Positions 29,327-40,633 are shown, numbered from the stretch's first letter. The stretch is DNA of 64,000 nt from Candidatus Cloacimonadota bacterium (GCA_963667255.1 OY762940.1:1184001-1248000), one strand, 5' to 3'. Translations and numbers: made by a program. The notes: generated from the sequence alone by a model not told the origin.

Positions 29327-31304
29327 AAATGATGTTTTAGAAGCAATTTACAATGTTGATGGCTGTAACTTGCAAGAATTAAGTAAATTATGCAATATAA
29401 GTAAACATGAACGCAAAGACTTGCTCAAAATTCTTCGCAAATTAGAGAAAGACAAGTCAATATCTTATTCAAATAGCAAGTATGTTAAGGGTATAAACTC
29501 TGTTGAAACAGGAAGATTTGATGCTCTTGCTCTGATGAAAGGGCATCAGTTTGGCTTTGTTATTACTGAATCCGACCATATATTTGTAAACATTGAAGAT
29601 ACTTTAGGTTTGTTTCATAACGACCTTGTTGAAGTGCAAGTTACAGGCATTAAGAAGAATGGGAAGGTTGGGAAAGTAATTAGGATTGTGGAAAGAGGCA
29701 GAAAGGTTTTGGTGGGAACTGTAGCTAAATTAGGCAATCAAGCGATGTTGACAGGCATAGGTGGTCATTTTCATAGGGATGCACAAATTATCAATCCGGA
29801 AATTGCAAATTCTGGAGACAAAGTTGTTGCTTCCGTTAGTTTTTGGGGTGATTTGGAAGTTTACCCTCGGGTAAAAATAACGGAAGTTTTGGGTCGTAGC
29901 GGTGATATTCAGACGGAAATTTTATCTGTTATCTATTCTTACGAGTTGCCTCTTGAGTTTGATGATAAACTTGTGAAGGAAGCAGAAAAACTCAACGAGA
30001 GCTTTGATGTTGAAGATGATATGAAGGAGCGGAAAGATTTGCGGGAATTACACACCTTTACCATTGATCCTGCCAGTGCCAAAGATTTTGACGATGCCGT
30101 TTCCGTGCAAATCAATCATAATGGAGAATATGAACTTTTTGTGCACATCGCTGATGTTTCTCACTTCGTCAAACTGGGCTCTGCCCTATTTGAAGAGGCT
30201 CTATCACGGGGGAATTCCTACTATTTTCCCAAGAGAGTCATTCCAATGCTTCCGAAAATTATCTCCAATTCTTTATGCAGTTTGCGTCCTAACGAAGACA
30301 AATATACAATTACCGTAAAAACTGTGCTCAATAAAAATTTTGAAATTTTGGAGCAAAGTGTTTTTAAATCGGTAATTTGTTCCAATGTGCGATTTAATTA
30401 TGAGCAAGTTGATGAAATTTTTGAAAAAGGGAATTTGGAAGAGATAACTAAGGAAGATAAAGATGCTTTGTTGTTGGCCGATAGGCTTTCCAAGGGTTAT
30501 TTCAAAAAAAGAAAGACCTATATTCAATTTTCGTTGCCTGAGGCTGAATTTGAGTTTGATGAGGACGGTTTACCGATAAATATTTTTAGGTCTGAAGAGA
30601 CGGCTTCGCACAAACTGATTGAGAATTTTATGTTAATCGCTAATGAGTATGTGGCCAAATTTTTATCCTCAAAATCAAGCATTTATAGGGTTCATGAGCC
30701 TCCTGAATATGCTGATGTGCAAAAGGTAAAAAAAGAGCTTGAACAAAATAGCATTGAGGTCCCAGCATACAAAAATCCGACGGAATTTTATCAAAGAACA
30801 TTGAAAGTATTAGATTCCGATGATAAAAAGAGGACTTTCGAGCGAAAAATTTTGCGAAGTATGAAAAGAGCTGAATATAGTTTAACCAATTCACATCATT
30901 TTGGGATAGGAATCGATTTTTATACGCATTTCACTTCCCCCATCAGAAGAATTTGTGATTTGGGGATACATTTGTTGATAAAAAACGCAATTAATTCCGA
31001 AAAATTACTAAAAAAAATAGTCAACAATGCGAACGAGAAGGAACAAATTGCTACAAACGCTGAAAATGATGTGCAAAAGCTTTATTACTTGCAATTTATG
31101 AAGAAAAGATTGGGCAATGAATATACGGCTACTATCGTTGACATAAAAAGAAATGTAATCAAATTGGAATTGGTTAAATATCCTATTTTTGTTAAGGTTT
31201 TCAGTGAAAATAATGCGTTGCGAAATAAAAAAATTAAACTTACTCAAAGAAAATCGGTTAAAATTATTAAGGTAACCGATGAAATAGAAGTAAAAATTAT
31301 TTAA
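29316..31304 (+). CDS. rnr: Ribonuclease R (RNB family)
   Basis: FGFV cold-shock region, TIDPASAKDFDDA, HIADVSH, IENFMLIANE, YRVH, YTHFTSPIRR. Confidence 0.9.
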   Translation: MLNENDVLEAIYNVDGCNLQELSKLCNISKHERKDLLKILRKLEKDKSISYSNSKYVKGINSVETGRFDALALMKGHQFGFVITESDHIFVNIEDTLGLFHNDLVEVQVTGIKKNGKVGKVIRIVERGRKVLVGTVAKLGNQAMLTGIGGHFHRDAQIINPEIANSGDKVVASVSFWGDLEVYPRVKITEVLGRSGDIQTEILSVIYSYELPLEFDDKLVKEAEKLNESFDVEDDMKERKDLRELHTFTIDPASAKDFDDAVSVQINHNGEYELFVHIADVSHFVKLGSALFEEALSRGNSYYFPKRVIPMLPKIISNSLCSLRPNEDKYTITVKTVLNKNFEILEQSVFKSVICSNVRFNYEQVDEIFEKGNLEEITKEDKDALLLADRLSKGYFKKRKTYIQFSLPEAEFEFDEDGLPINIFRSEETASHKLIENFMLIANEYVAKFLSSKSSIYRVHEPPEYADVQKVKKELEQNSIEVPAYKNPTEFYQRTLKVLDSDDKKRTFERKILRSMKRAEYSLTNSHHFGIGIDFYTHFTSPIRRICDLGIHLLIKNAINSEKLLKKIVNNANEKEQIATNAENDVQKLYYLQFMKKRLGNEYTATIVDIKRNVIKLELVKYPIFVKVFSENNALRNKKIKLTQRKSVKIIKVTDEIEVKII

Positions 31305-31391
31305 AGCTATTTATTAGAAGTATTTAGACAACTTGCTTATTTGCTGTATGTTATATTACGCAAGATAAAGTTAATTATTTTGGGAGAAGAT

Positions 31392-33146
31392 ATGAAAGTT
31401 AAAAAGAAACTCAAATATTTGGTTTGCTGTTTTGTTGTTCTTTTGGTTGGTTTATATTTTTCTAGGAATATAATTTTTGCTTACATATTTGAATTTGGAG
31501 CTGAATCGGTATTTGGAGCTAAAGCAGAAATTAAAAAGTGTAATCTGCAAATTTTTTCCGGCAAGTTGTCTTGGGAAGATTTTGAGGTTGCAGACAAAAA
31601 TAAGCCTATGAAAAATCTTTTCCAGACAGGATATGTAGAATTAGATTTTGGCTTGTCTGCCCTATTCAAAGGGCAATTTGTCTGTGAAAATGTTCTTATT
31701 GATAGATTGGAATTTGGAACTAACAGAACAACTGATGGTAGTTTACCCAAGAAAGCGGATAAAAACGAAAAGTCAGCTTTTGCTGGGGCTGCTGTCAATT
31801 ATTTGGAGAATAAGAAAAAATCAATTCCTATCTTGGAATATCAATCTTTGAATGTAGATTCTATTTTGAGTGTGGCTAAATTTATTACTCCCGCGAAAGC
31901 AGATTCTTTGCGGAAAGAGATAGAAGATGCTAACGAATTTTGGACAAATGTGTTGGCTGATAAGGAATATAAGCAAAGAATAAACGGAATTAAGCAAAAA
32001 TTTGATGATTTGGATTTATCAAATCCCGATATAGATATCAAAGAGTTGGGTGTTTTATACAGGGAAAGCAGTGCTTTATACAAAGAGATTAAGGAGAATA
32101 AAGCTGAATTTGAAAAGCAAATTGCATTACTCAAGACGGCAAATGAGCTGAAAGATTGGGCTAAACAAGATTACGACAATGCTATGAAAATGGTAAAATT
32201 CCCTGATACGCAGGGTAAACAAATCGGAGAATTGCTGTTCGGTGATTTTGTTTATGATTTGATATTGAAGGGCGTTACAGCTATCAAAACAGTTAGAACT
32301 GCGTCTTCGGCAGAAAAAAAGAAAGAAAAGCAAAAATTGCGGTTTTGGTTGAAAGAAGCACAAATAAATTCAAGGCTAAATAACGGAATCACCATAAAAG
32401 GAAATATCAAAAATATTTCCAATGCCCAAAAGTTAACGGGAGAACCGACAATCATATCTCTTTCGCTAACTTCCGAAAAAATTGAATTTATCAAAATTGC
32501 GGGTGAACTCAACTATTTGAGCGACAAATCAACGGAAAGCTTTCTTGTTGATATGAAAGGTGTTGGGTTGAGTAACATAAAGTTAAATCAAGAAGTGTTG
32601 CCACCTAAAATTAAGTCATGCTCTCTAAATGGTAAAACATCGCTGAGGGTCGTTGGTGACGATATTTTGGTTGATAATTTTACAAATATTAATGATATTT
32701 TGTATTCATACGAATATGAAAAACCTGTATCCTCTCAAATGAAAGAGATAGCAGAAATAGTTGGAAGTTCTGCAAATGCCGTATGGGTAAAGGTTAATTG
32801 TGAATTTACTTCCGATAAAAATGTGAGTGAAATTAGCTCCAATCTCGATGAAATTGTAAAAAATGCTTTATACAAAAAGTTTTCCAAAGAAAGCAAAAAA
32901 TTGGAAGAAAAAATACGAAAAAAAATAGGTTTACAAAAAGAGCAAAAGGAATTAAGTTCACTATTCGAAAAGTTGGATAGTAGAGTGCAGTCTATCTTGT
33001 TTACATCAGAGCCGATTAGTGCCGAGGAAAAAGGCAAAAAAGAGAAAGAAATTAATGACAATTTAATAGAAAAAGGAAAGGAAATAATAGACAACAACGA
33101 GATTAAAGATAAGGCTAAAGAGTTAATAAAAGGAATAAAATTTTGA
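31392..33146 (+). CDS. TIGR03545-like AsmA-related membrane-anchored protein
   Basis: N-terminal TM, GAKAEI, VAD...PMKNLF, GT.R.TDG.L motifs; coiled-coil middle; SNLD near C-terminus. Confidence 0.65.
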   Translation: MKVKKKLKYLVCCFVVLLVGLYFSRNIIFAYIFEFGAESVFGAKAEIKKCNLQIFSGKLSWEDFEVADKNKPMKNLFQTGYVELDFGLSALFKGQFVCENVLIDRLEFGTNRTTDGSLPKKADKNEKSAFAGAAVNYLENKKKSIPILEYQSLNVDSILSVAKFITPAKADSLRKEIEDANEFWTNVLADKEYKQRINGIKQKFDDLDLSNPDIDIKELGVLYRESSALYKEIKENKAEFEKQIALLKTANELKDWAKQDYDNAMKMVKFPDTQGKQIGELLFGDFVYDLILKGVTAIKTVRTASSAEKKKEKQKLRFWLKEAQINSRLNNGITIKGNIKNISNAQKLTGEPTIISLSLTSEKIEFIKIAGELNYLSDKSTESFLVDMKGVGLSNIKLNQEVLPPKIKSCSLNGKTSLRVVGDDILVDNFTNINDILYSYEYEKPVSSQMKEIAEIVGSSANAVWVKVNCEFTSDKNVSEISSNLDEIVKNALYKKFSKESKKLEEKIRKKIGLQKEQKELSSLFEKLDSRVQSILFTSEPISAEEKGKKEKEINDNLIEKGKEIIDNNEIKDKAKELIKGIKF

Positions 33147-34072
33147 GAAAATTACTACTTCTCACTATAACTTTTTTTTGTGCTGTTCTTTTTGCGGATG
33201 AGATAAAAAACCTGACTGATAATTTGCAGGACGAGAAATCATCTTTTTGGGATTCGTTGCAAAAAAAGCAACCGGAAAAGGATACCGAGCGGTTTTTGGT
33301 CTTGGCGAATGTCTATTTTGATATGGGGCATTACTACTCTGCAAGGAAGTATTATAAGCTCTATTTTCAAAAAGGTGATGACCATAAGGCTAAGTTTAAG
33401 ATGGCTTTGTGTGACTTTTATATAGCAGGCGGGAAAAACAAAATCACTTTTGTGAAAAGTTTTGTTAGTGACAATCCGGATAACCTTTTGAACAAATATT
33501 TAATTTTAGAAATGGGGAAATATTATTTAGAAAATAAACAGTATTGGGATGCCTGCAAAGTGTTGGAGAACAACAATCCTCATTTCCCCTATTTAAATTA
33601 TTTCAGAGCTGTTGCGTTTAAGAATTTGGATAAGCCATCCAGCAGTGCTTATCTTTTTGGCTTGGTTATCAAAAATGCCAACACTTCCAAAGTGTTATTG
33701 AAAAATGCGACAGATTTGTATATGGAAGAGATTGCCAAATTGCCTTGGCAGAGAGCAGCCAGCAGAACGAGCAGAGTGATTATGTTTATGCCGTATAGCG
33801 AAAATAAGGTGGAGTTGCTTCTGTTTTTGGCCGGAATTTATGATAAAAATTACTTTTATGCTCAATCGAACGAAATCTATTACGATTTGATTAATACCGA
33901 AAAAATGTATAAGTTATATAAGTTTACCATCAACAATAATGTGGAGTCGAAGAATTACAAAAAGGCTTTACAGGACATTGATACATATTTGGAGCTTTTG
34001 GGTGAATCCAAAGAGAAAAAGGGAATTCTAAAGATAAAAAGCGAGATTGAGGACTTGACCAAGAGTGAATGA
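33143..34072 (+). CDS. Exported TPR-like hypothetical protein
   Basis: Signal-peptide-like N-terminus; repeated helical LA..Y...G.Y..A patterns. Confidence 0.55.
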   Translation: MRKLLLLTITFFCAVLFADEIKNLTDNLQDEKSSFWDSLQKKQPEKDTERFLVLANVYFDMGHYYSARKYYKLYFQKGDDHKAKFKMALCDFYIAGGKNKITFVKSFVSDNPDNLLNKYLILEMGKYYLENKQYWDACKVLENNNPHFPYLNYFRAVAFKNLDKPSSSAYLFGLVIKNANTSKVLLKNATDLYMEEIAKLPWQRAASRTSRVIMFMPYSENKVELLLFLAGIYDKNYFYAQSNEIYYDLINTEKMYKLYKFTINNNVESKNYKKALQDIDTYLELLGESKEKKGILKIKSEIEDLTKSE

Positions 34073-35768
34073 TATTTATTCTAAGGTGCTTGACCGTGTT
34101 GATATTGTCGATGTTGTTAGCAAATATTTGCCTCTAAAAAAAAATGGCTCCAATTACAAAGCGTGTTGCCCTTTTCATCAGGAAAATACACCTTCGTTCG
34201 TTGTAAGTCAGACAAAACAGATTTTCAAATGTTTTGGTTGCGGTGTCGCCGGAAATGCAGTCAGTTTTGTCAAAGAATACGAAAAAATCTCTTATTATGA
34301 AGCTGCTCTCAAGCTGGCACAGCAATATGGGATTAAGGTAAATGTTGATAAGTTTTCTCGACAAAAAGAGTCTAAGACGAGTTTAATTTTACAAATTTAT
34401 TCGTTAGCAAAAGATTTTTATCGCGAAAATCTTTCTTTGCATGGGAAAATGGCTGTCGAATATTTAAAGAGCAGAAGTATTTCCGAAAACACAATCAAAA
34501 CTTTTGAGTTAGGATTTTCACTAAACTCGCAAACCGCTTTATACAATTACCTGCGAAAAAACAATGTGAACAAAGATATCTTGTTGGAATCAGGTATAGT
34601 TAAGTCCAATAATAAAGGTTATTACGATTTATTTTCCAATAGAGTGGTCTTCCCTATCGTTTCTTCGACCGGTGTTACCGTTGCGTTTGGAGCTCGGGCG
34701 ATGGATAATGCGATGCCCAAATACATAAACTCTCCGACCACCGCTGTTTACCAAAAAAGCAAGGAGTTATACGGTTTCTACATTACTAAGCATGAGATAG
34801 CGAAACTTGACAAGGTGATAATTTGCGAAGGTTATTTGGATTTTTTGCGACTATATGAAAATGGTTATCACAATGCTGTGGCATCTTTGGGAACTTCTCT
34901 GACCGATGAGCAGGTCTCTTTGCTCAGGAGATATTGCAAGAATTTTTACATCCTCTATGACGGCGATGATGCGGGATTAAAGGCGACTTTGCGTGCTGCT
35001 TCCAAAGTGCTTTCTCAATCAGGGGAAGCAAAAATTGTTCGTTTGCCTACGGGAGAAGACCCCGACAGCTTTTTGCTCAAAAAAGGCAAAGAGTCTTTGG
35101 ATGGATTACTCGAGAACTCCCCTACTTATCTGCAATATTTGAAAGACAGTTTGGAGCTGTCGGAAGCGATGGAGGTTCTTTTGGAGGTTGCTGGCTCTAT
35201 CATCAACCAATTGGACAGATTTGTTTTTATCAAAAAAGTTTCGGAAATGTTTGGAGTTGAGGAGTCTGTTTTTTCCTCTCAAGTAAAAACCAAAAAAGTT
35301 TATTTTGAAAAAGACAATAATGCAAGTAAAAATCAGCTTGAAGGCTTGGAAGAAAGGTTGCTCTTGATGGTGTGTATGTCCGAGAAAAGCAAACTACAAG
35401 CTATGGTTTCGGCGTTGTCCTCGACCGATTTTTTGGTTTCTGAGTATAGAAATATCTTTGAAGAGTTGGTGACAGCGAGTGCAGATGAGACTCTCAATCT
35501 CAATGCTTTAGCTTGTCAGAGCAAATTCCCGCAGATATTTAACGAGCTTATTGTGGAGAGTGAGCAAGGAAAGAGCGTGGATTTCGAACAAGTTCTCAAC
35601 GGTTTTCGGATAAAAAAAGAGGTCAATGCAATAAAAGATTTGGACGAAAAGCTCGTCAGCCATTTGAATAGCGAAACCGATAACTCTCTAATGCAAGAGA
35701 TTTTGACGCAAAAAAAGAATGCAAAACAGAGATTGGTTGATCTTGGATATAACAAAACTAAAATTTAA
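34065..35768 (+). CDS. dnaG: DNA primase
   Basis: CPFH.E.TPSF..CFGC zinc finger, FGAR, KYINSP, EGYLD, YDGD.AG, DPD. Confidence 0.96.
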   Translation: MNDIYSKVLDRVDIVDVVSKYLPLKKNGSNYKACCPFHQENTPSFVVSQTKQIFKCFGCGVAGNAVSFVKEYEKISYYEAALKLAQQYGIKVNVDKFSRQKESKTSLILQIYSLAKDFYRENLSLHGKMAVEYLKSRSISENTIKTFELGFSLNSQTALYNYLRKNNVNKDILLESGIVKSNNKGYYDLFSNRVVFPIVSSTGVTVAFGARAMDNAMPKYINSPTTAVYQKSKELYGFYITKHEIAKLDKVIICEGYLDFLRLYENGYHNAVASLGTSLTDEQVSLLRRYCKNFYILYDGDDAGLKATLRAASKVLSQSGEAKIVRLPTGEDPDSFLLKKGKESLDGLLENSPTYLQYLKDSLELSEAMEVLLEVAGSIINQLDRFVFIKKVSEMFGVEESVFSSQVKTKKVYFEKDNNASKNQLEGLEERLLLMVCMSEKSKLQAMVSALSSTDFLVSEYRNIFEELVTASADETLNLNALACQSKFPQIFNELIVESEQGKSVDFEQVLNGFRIKKEVNAIKDLDEKLVSHLNSETDNSLMQEILTQKKNAKQRLVDLGYNKTKI

Positions 35769-35786
35769 GGATATCGACCAAATAAA

Positions 35787-36395
35787 GTGAAAGAAATTTT
35801 AATAACTCTTTATAATTCAAATGTTTTTGACTATTTCATCTTGCCTCTATTTATTTTTTTGGCGAAAATAACGGAAGTCTCTATTGGAACATTGAGAATT
35901 ATTTTTGTATCCAAAAACAATAAACTTTTATCTGGAATTACTGGCTTTTTTGAGGCTTTGATTTGGCTTATTGTTATAGCAAAAATCTTTGAAAATGTTA
36001 GTAATGTTTACAGTTATTTGGCGTATGCTACGGGATTTGCTGCCGGCGTAGTTGTGGGAGTGATGGTCGAAGAAAAGCTTGCCATGGGGACTGTGCTGGT
36101 AAGGATTATAACGCAAAAAGAAGCGGATTTATTAATCGATTACTTCAAGGAAAGCAATTTTAGAATAACTTATTTTGAGGCAATATCTAATAAGGACGAA
36201 AAATCAAACATCATCTATGTTGTTGCTAATAGGATAGATATAGGGTTTTTGGTTAAGAAGATAAAGACACTAAATCCCAAAGCTTTTTACACAATTGAGG
36301 ATATAAAATTCGTGAGCGAAAAATTGGTCAAACACCACTTCATTTTTAATAAAGTTTTTAAAAGAAACTCGCTAAAGTTTTTCAAGAAGAAATAG
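35787..36395 (+). CDS. UPF0316/DUF2179-type membrane protein
   Basis: VSIGTLR, GFFE.LIW, YA.GFA.G..VG..EEKLA.G, P.AF..IED. Confidence 0.8.
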   Translation: MKEILITLYNSNVFDYFILPLFIFLAKITEVSIGTLRIIFVSKNNKLLSGITGFFEALIWLIVIAKIFENVSNVYSYLAYATGFAAGVVVGVMVEEKLAMGTVLVRIITQKEADLLIDYFKESNFRITYFEAISNKDEKSNIIYVVANRIDIGFLVKKIKTLNPKAFYTIEDIKFVSEKLVKHHFIFNKVFKRNSLKFFKKK

Positions 36396-36406
36396 GGCGG
36401 AAAAAA

Positions 36407-37063
36407 ATGAAAAAAATTATTATTGTAGTTGGAGCTTATGGTAGCGGGAAAAGTGAATATTCTGCCAATTTAGCATATAGAGAAGGGAAATCGGTTATTG
36501 TTGATTTGGATATAATGAATCCTTACTTTAGAACTAGAGAATTAACGGAAAGATTTGCTGCCATTGGGATTGAAGTTGTTGCTCCCGAAGGTTCATTTCG
36601 CCATACTGAACTTCCCATGCTTTCACCGAGAATACAAGCAAAAATCGAAGAAAAAGATAAGATGATTATAATGGACATTGGTGGAGACCCTTTAGGGATG
36701 AAAGTGCTCGGACGCTACAAAAAAAATCTCACTAATAGAGGTTACGATCTCAGGATGGTTGTTAACACCAAGCGTCCTCAAACCTCTTCTGTAAAAGCAG
36801 TCTTAGAGATGTTTGATGAATTTGAATACTATTCTAAAATGAAAATAACAACTTTGGTTTCCAATACAAATTTGATGGAGTATACTAATTTGGAAGTTGT
36901 CACAGAAGGAGTAAGAATTGTTTCGGAAGTTGCCAAAATGAAAGGTGTAGATTTCTTTGAATACTGTGTCTTAAAAAAGAATTGCAGGGGCATTCCAGAT
37001 AAAATTGGTGAACAAAATATTTTTATAATGGATTATTTTTTGGGCAAGCCTTGGGAAAGATGA
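36407..37063 (+). CDS. Conserved P-loop ATP-binding protein
   Basis: GAYGSGKSE, DLDIMNPYFR.RE, DIGGD..G, VVNT.RP. Confidence 0.75.
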   Translation: MKKIIIVVGAYGSGKSEYSANLAYREGKSVIVDLDIMNPYFRTRELTERFAAIGIEVVAPEGSFRHTELPMLSPRIQAKIEEKDKMIIMDIGGDPLGMKVLGRYKKNLTNRGYDLRMVVNTKRPQTSSVKAVLEMFDEFEYYSKMKITTLVSNTNLMEYTNLEVVTEGVRIVSEVAKMKGVDFFEYCVLKKNCRGIPDKIGEQNIFIMDYFLGKPWER

Positions 37064-38253
37064 ACTTACCTTTTTTTTTCTCGTTAAGATACTTAAAAGG
37101 GAAAAGTAGATTTCCAATCAGTTTATGGTCGCTATTGAGTTGTGTGGGGATTTTCTTCGGAGTGTTTTCGATTTTGGTCTCTTCCGCCTTCATGGACGGA
37201 CTCAAGCAAGTAATGATGGATTCGTTGCTACAAAGCAGAGCACATATCACTATCAAAAGCAACGCAAATCAAGTTTTTGAGCAAAACTTTATAGAAGAAT
37301 TGCAAAACGATAACGACATCCAATTTTTTTCTTTTGTAATTCGCACCCAAGGCGTCATAAAGGTAGGAAATAAGTTTCAAGGAGTGCAAATTCAAGGAAT
37401 TGATTTTGCTAAACATAGAAAAATTTTGCCTTATCTAAATTCTCTATCAATAACCAAGTTGTCTGACAATCAAATTGTTCTCGGAAATACTCTTAAAACT
37501 CGTTTGAATATTTTTGACGGAACTCCGATTTACTTTTATTCGTTGCAACACACTCAAATTACAGCATTTGGAACATTGCCTGCGATTTATAAATTTAGCT
37601 TGTCAGATGAGTATTTCTGTGATGACAAAGTTTCGGAAGGCAATTTAGTGTTTGTTAACTTATCTACAGCTCAAAGGATTGCAGGCAAAAAGCGTGCAAA
37701 ATCTTTGGAAATTCATCTGAAGAGTCCGGATAACGCTGAAGTTGTGGCGGAGAGGTTGCAAGCGAAGTTAGGAGAAGGATTTACGGTGAGCGGTTGGTAT
37801 CAGGAAGATAAAACTATTTACAATTCATTGAAGATAGAAAGTATTGCTCTCAACTTGGTTCTTTTCTTGATAGTTATTTTGGCGATTTTTAATATGAGTG
37901 GTAATTTTTTGCGGTTGGTGAGCGAAAAGAGCGGAGAGATAGGCATTTTGAAATCGATGGGACTTCAGCAATCGCAAATAAAGAAGATTTTCATCTATTG
38001 CGGACTATTGATAGCCGGCATTGGAGTTGTGGTTGGTATTTTGGTTGCCTATGTTTTCTTGCATCTGCAATACAATTATCATCTAATAAAAATTCCTATT
38101 CAAGGATTGGGTTTTGACTATTTGCCTGTAGAGATTTCGTATGTTAACGGAGTTTTTATCTTTTGTGCGGTAATACTGTCCAGCCTGTTTTTTAGTTATT
38201 ATCCGTGCCAAAAATTGAAAAAGATTGAACCGATTAAAGTGATAAAAGGATGA
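37060..38253 (+). CDS. LolC/E (FtsX/MacB-like) ABC transporter permease
   Basis: LRYL, TM1 plus periplasmic domain, EK..EIGILKSMG, terminal P....I.P..VI. Confidence 0.85.
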   Translation: MNLPFFFSLRYLKGKSRFPISLWSLLSCVGIFFGVFSILVSSAFMDGLKQVMMDSLLQSRAHITIKSNANQVFEQNFIEELQNDNDIQFFSFVIRTQGVIKVGNKFQGVQIQGIDFAKHRKILPYLNSLSITKLSDNQIVLGNTLKTRLNIFDGTPIYFYSLQHTQITAFGTLPAIYKFSLSDEYFCDDKVSEGNLVFVNLSTAQRIAGKKRAKSLEIHLKSPDNAEVVAERLQAKLGEGFTVSGWYQEDKTIYNSLKIESIALNLVLFLIVILAIFNMSGNFLRLVSEKSGEIGILKSMGLQQSQIKKIFIYCGLLIAGIGVVVGILVAYVFLHLQYNYHLIKIPIQGLGFDYLPVEISYVNGVFIFCAVILSSLFFSYYPCQKLKKIEPIKVIKG

Positions 38254-39224
38254 AGAATTTGAGACACAAGAAAAGAAAATTACTGTTTTTATTCGCTCTG
38301 ATTGTTTTGCTAACGGCTTTTTGGATGCCCGATTCGTCTTCGCACAAGATTAAATACATAGAGCGAAGCTCCGACAAAGTAAAAGTAGAAGAGGTTGCCG
38401 GCGAAAAATGGCTGATTTGGCTATACAATAACCCAGTCGGGAGGCTATCTACAAAAGCTATCGTTAAACGAAAATTTGTTTCCGGCTGGTATGGCAAGAT
38501 GATGGACAGTCCGAAATCGCAAGAAAAAATTTCCTCTTTCATTTCCACTTATGACATCGACACCTCGATAGCAATAATGGAAGATTTTTCCAATTTCAAC
38601 GAGTTTTTTATCAGAAAATTGAAAAAATCCGCTCGCCCGATTGATGCGATGGAAAATTCCGTTGCTTCTCCGGCTGATGGCAAAGTGTTGGCTTGGGAAA
38701 ATCTGGACGAAAGCGATTTTATCGTCAAAGGTTACAAATTTAATCTCAGCGAATATTTGCAGGATGATGAACTTGCCAAAAAGTTTGCAGGTGGCTCAAT
38801 GATGCTTTTCCGCCTTTGCCCTACCGACTATCATCGCTTTCATTTTCCTGTGAGTGGAGTTGTCGAAGAGAACAAGAAAATTGACGGGGATTACTATTCT
38901 GTATCCCCTATTGCCATAAAAAAAATCGTCGAGCTTTTTTGTTTAAACAAAAGAGAGTTGACATTAATCGGGACAAAAGATTTTGGAGACATTATCATGA
39001 GTGAGATTGGTGCCACGATGGTTGGGAGCATCATCAACACTTATGTCGGCGACACTGTTGCCAAAGGTCAAGAAAAAGGCTACTTCAAATTTGGCGGTTC
39101 TTCAGTTTTGCTTATATTTGAAAAAGGCAAAGTTACTATTGACCGAGATATTTTGGAGAATACCAAAAAAGGCTTTGAGACGAAAATTTTTATGGGAGAA
39201 AGAGTAGCTATTGGCAAAGAATAG
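38250..39224 (+). CDS. psd: Phosphatidylserine decarboxylase proenzyme
   Basis: FNEFF.R, SPADG, RLCPTDYHRFHFP, GATMVGSI, FGGSS self-cleavage motif. Confidence 0.93.
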   Translation: MKNLRHKKRKLLFLFALIVLLTAFWMPDSSSHKIKYIERSSDKVKVEEVAGEKWLIWLYNNPVGRLSTKAIVKRKFVSGWYGKMMDSPKSQEKISSFISTYDIDTSIAIMEDFSNFNEFFIRKLKKSARPIDAMENSVASPADGKVLAWENLDESDFIVKGYKFNLSEYLQDDELAKKFAGGSMMLFRLCPTDYHRFHFPVSGVVEENKKIDGDYYSVSPIAIKKIVELFCLNKRELTLIGTKDFGDIIMSEIGATMVGSIINTYVGDTVAKGQEKGYFKFGGSSVLLIFEKGKVTIDRDILENTKKGFETKIFMGERVAIGKE

Positions 39225-39242
39225 CAATTTATGGAGAGAAAG

Positions 39243-40499
39243 ATGAATTTTGATCAAATTAGCAGAGAGAGTGAGTTTTACGGCAACACTTCCGCCGTGG
39301 AATTGATAGAGAAGTATGGTTCGCCATTGTATGTATATAATGAGAATATTCTGAAAAAACGCTGTCGTGAGATGATGAATCTTGTCAGATATCCGAAGTT
39401 TAAGGTGCATTATTCGGTCAAAGCTAACTCCAACTTGGAGTTAATGAAGATAATCCGCAACGAAGGTCTGTATGTAGATGCGATGTCCCCTGGGGAGATG
39501 TATGCGGAGCTAAAAGTCGGATTTAAGCCTGAGCAGATTTTGTTTATTTGCAATAATGTGTCCGCTGAAGAGATGAGATTTGCCATAGACAGAGATATCA
39601 GAGTCAGCGTTGATTCCTTGTCTCAACTGGATTTGTATGGACAATTAAATCCCGGTGGAGATGTTTTTGTGAGGATTAATCCTGGAATTGGTGTTGGTCA
39701 CAGCGAAAATGTGATTACCGGTGGCAAGAAAACCAAATTTGGTATAGAGATGAAATCTATCCCCGAGCTCAAAAATATTTTGGCAAAGCATAAACTCAAT
39801 CTTATCGGCATCAATCAACACCTCGGTAGCCATTTTATGAGTTGGTTCGAGTATATCAACTCCGTGAATGTTGTTTTGAGGATTGCCCGAGAGTTTGAGG
39901 ATTTGCAGATTATAGATTTGGGTGGTGGCTTTGGTGTGCCCTATCACAAGCAAGACAACGAACAAAGGCTCAATCTTTCCGAACTTGGCAGTGAGCTTAA
40001 CGCTCGACTTTTGCAATGGGCTAACGAATATAATAGAGAAATCGAGTTTCGTGTAGAACCTGGTCGTTATATCGTGGCGGAATGCGGTATTCTGCTTGGC
40101 ACAGTGTTTACCAAAAAAGAGAACGATTATCGGAAATACATCGGGACAAATCTTGGCTTTAACCAATTCAAAAGGAAAGTGATGTATGATTCATATCACG
40201 ATATTGAAATTTATCGCAAAAGCGAAGACATCGACCTCAATGACAGAGAAAAAGTGATTATCGTCGGCGATATCTGTGAATCGGGAGATATCATAGCTTC
40301 CGACCGCTATTTGCCGAAAATCGAAGAAGGCGATATTCTTGGCGTGATGGATGCCGGAGCCTACGGCTTCAGTATGGCATGCAACTACAACAATAGATTG
40401 CGACCAGCTGAGGTTCTCATCGATTCCGAGGGTAATGACAGATTGATAAGAAGACGCGAAACATTTGAAGATTTGATGGCGTGCTTTGTGGAAGAGTAA
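39243..40499 (+). CDS. lysA: Diaminopimelate decarboxylase
   Basis: YSVKAN (PLP Lys), DAMSPGE, TKFG, HLGS, DLGGG, EPGRY, ICESGD, GAYG..M..NYN.R. Confidence 0.92.
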   Translation: MNFDQISRESEFYGNTSAVELIEKYGSPLYVYNENILKKRCREMMNLVRYPKFKVHYSVKANSNLELMKIIRNEGLYVDAMSPGEMYAELKVGFKPEQILFICNNVSAEEMRFAIDRDIRVSVDSLSQLDLYGQLNPGGDVFVRINPGIGVGHSENVITGGKKTKFGIEMKSIPELKNILAKHKLNLIGINQHLGSHFMSWFEYINSVNVVLRIAREFEDLQIIDLGGGFGVPYHKQDNEQRLNLSELGSELNARLLQWANEYNREIEFRVEPGRYIVAECGILLGTVFTKKENDYRKYIGTNLGFNQFKRKVMYDSYHDIEIYRKSEDIDLNDREKVIIVGDICESGDIIASDRYLPKIEEGDILGVMDAGAYGFSMACNYNNRLRPAEVLIDSEGNDRLIRRRETFEDLMACFVEE

Positions 40500-40517
40500 A
40501 ATAGCTGATTAATTTTT

Positions 40518-40552
40518 AAAAAACGGAATTGAAACTCAATTCCGTTTTTTTT
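40518..40552. terminator. Bidirectional intrinsic terminator after lysA
   Basis: AAAAAACGGAATTGA-AAC-TCAATTCCGTTTTTTTT. Confidence 0.9.
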
Positions 40553-40633
40553 GTTATACTTGATTTAGTTTAGATATTTGGGTGGAGGGCGTTATTGGCT
40601 GTTGTATGTAGTTTAGCTTATTATATATTTTAC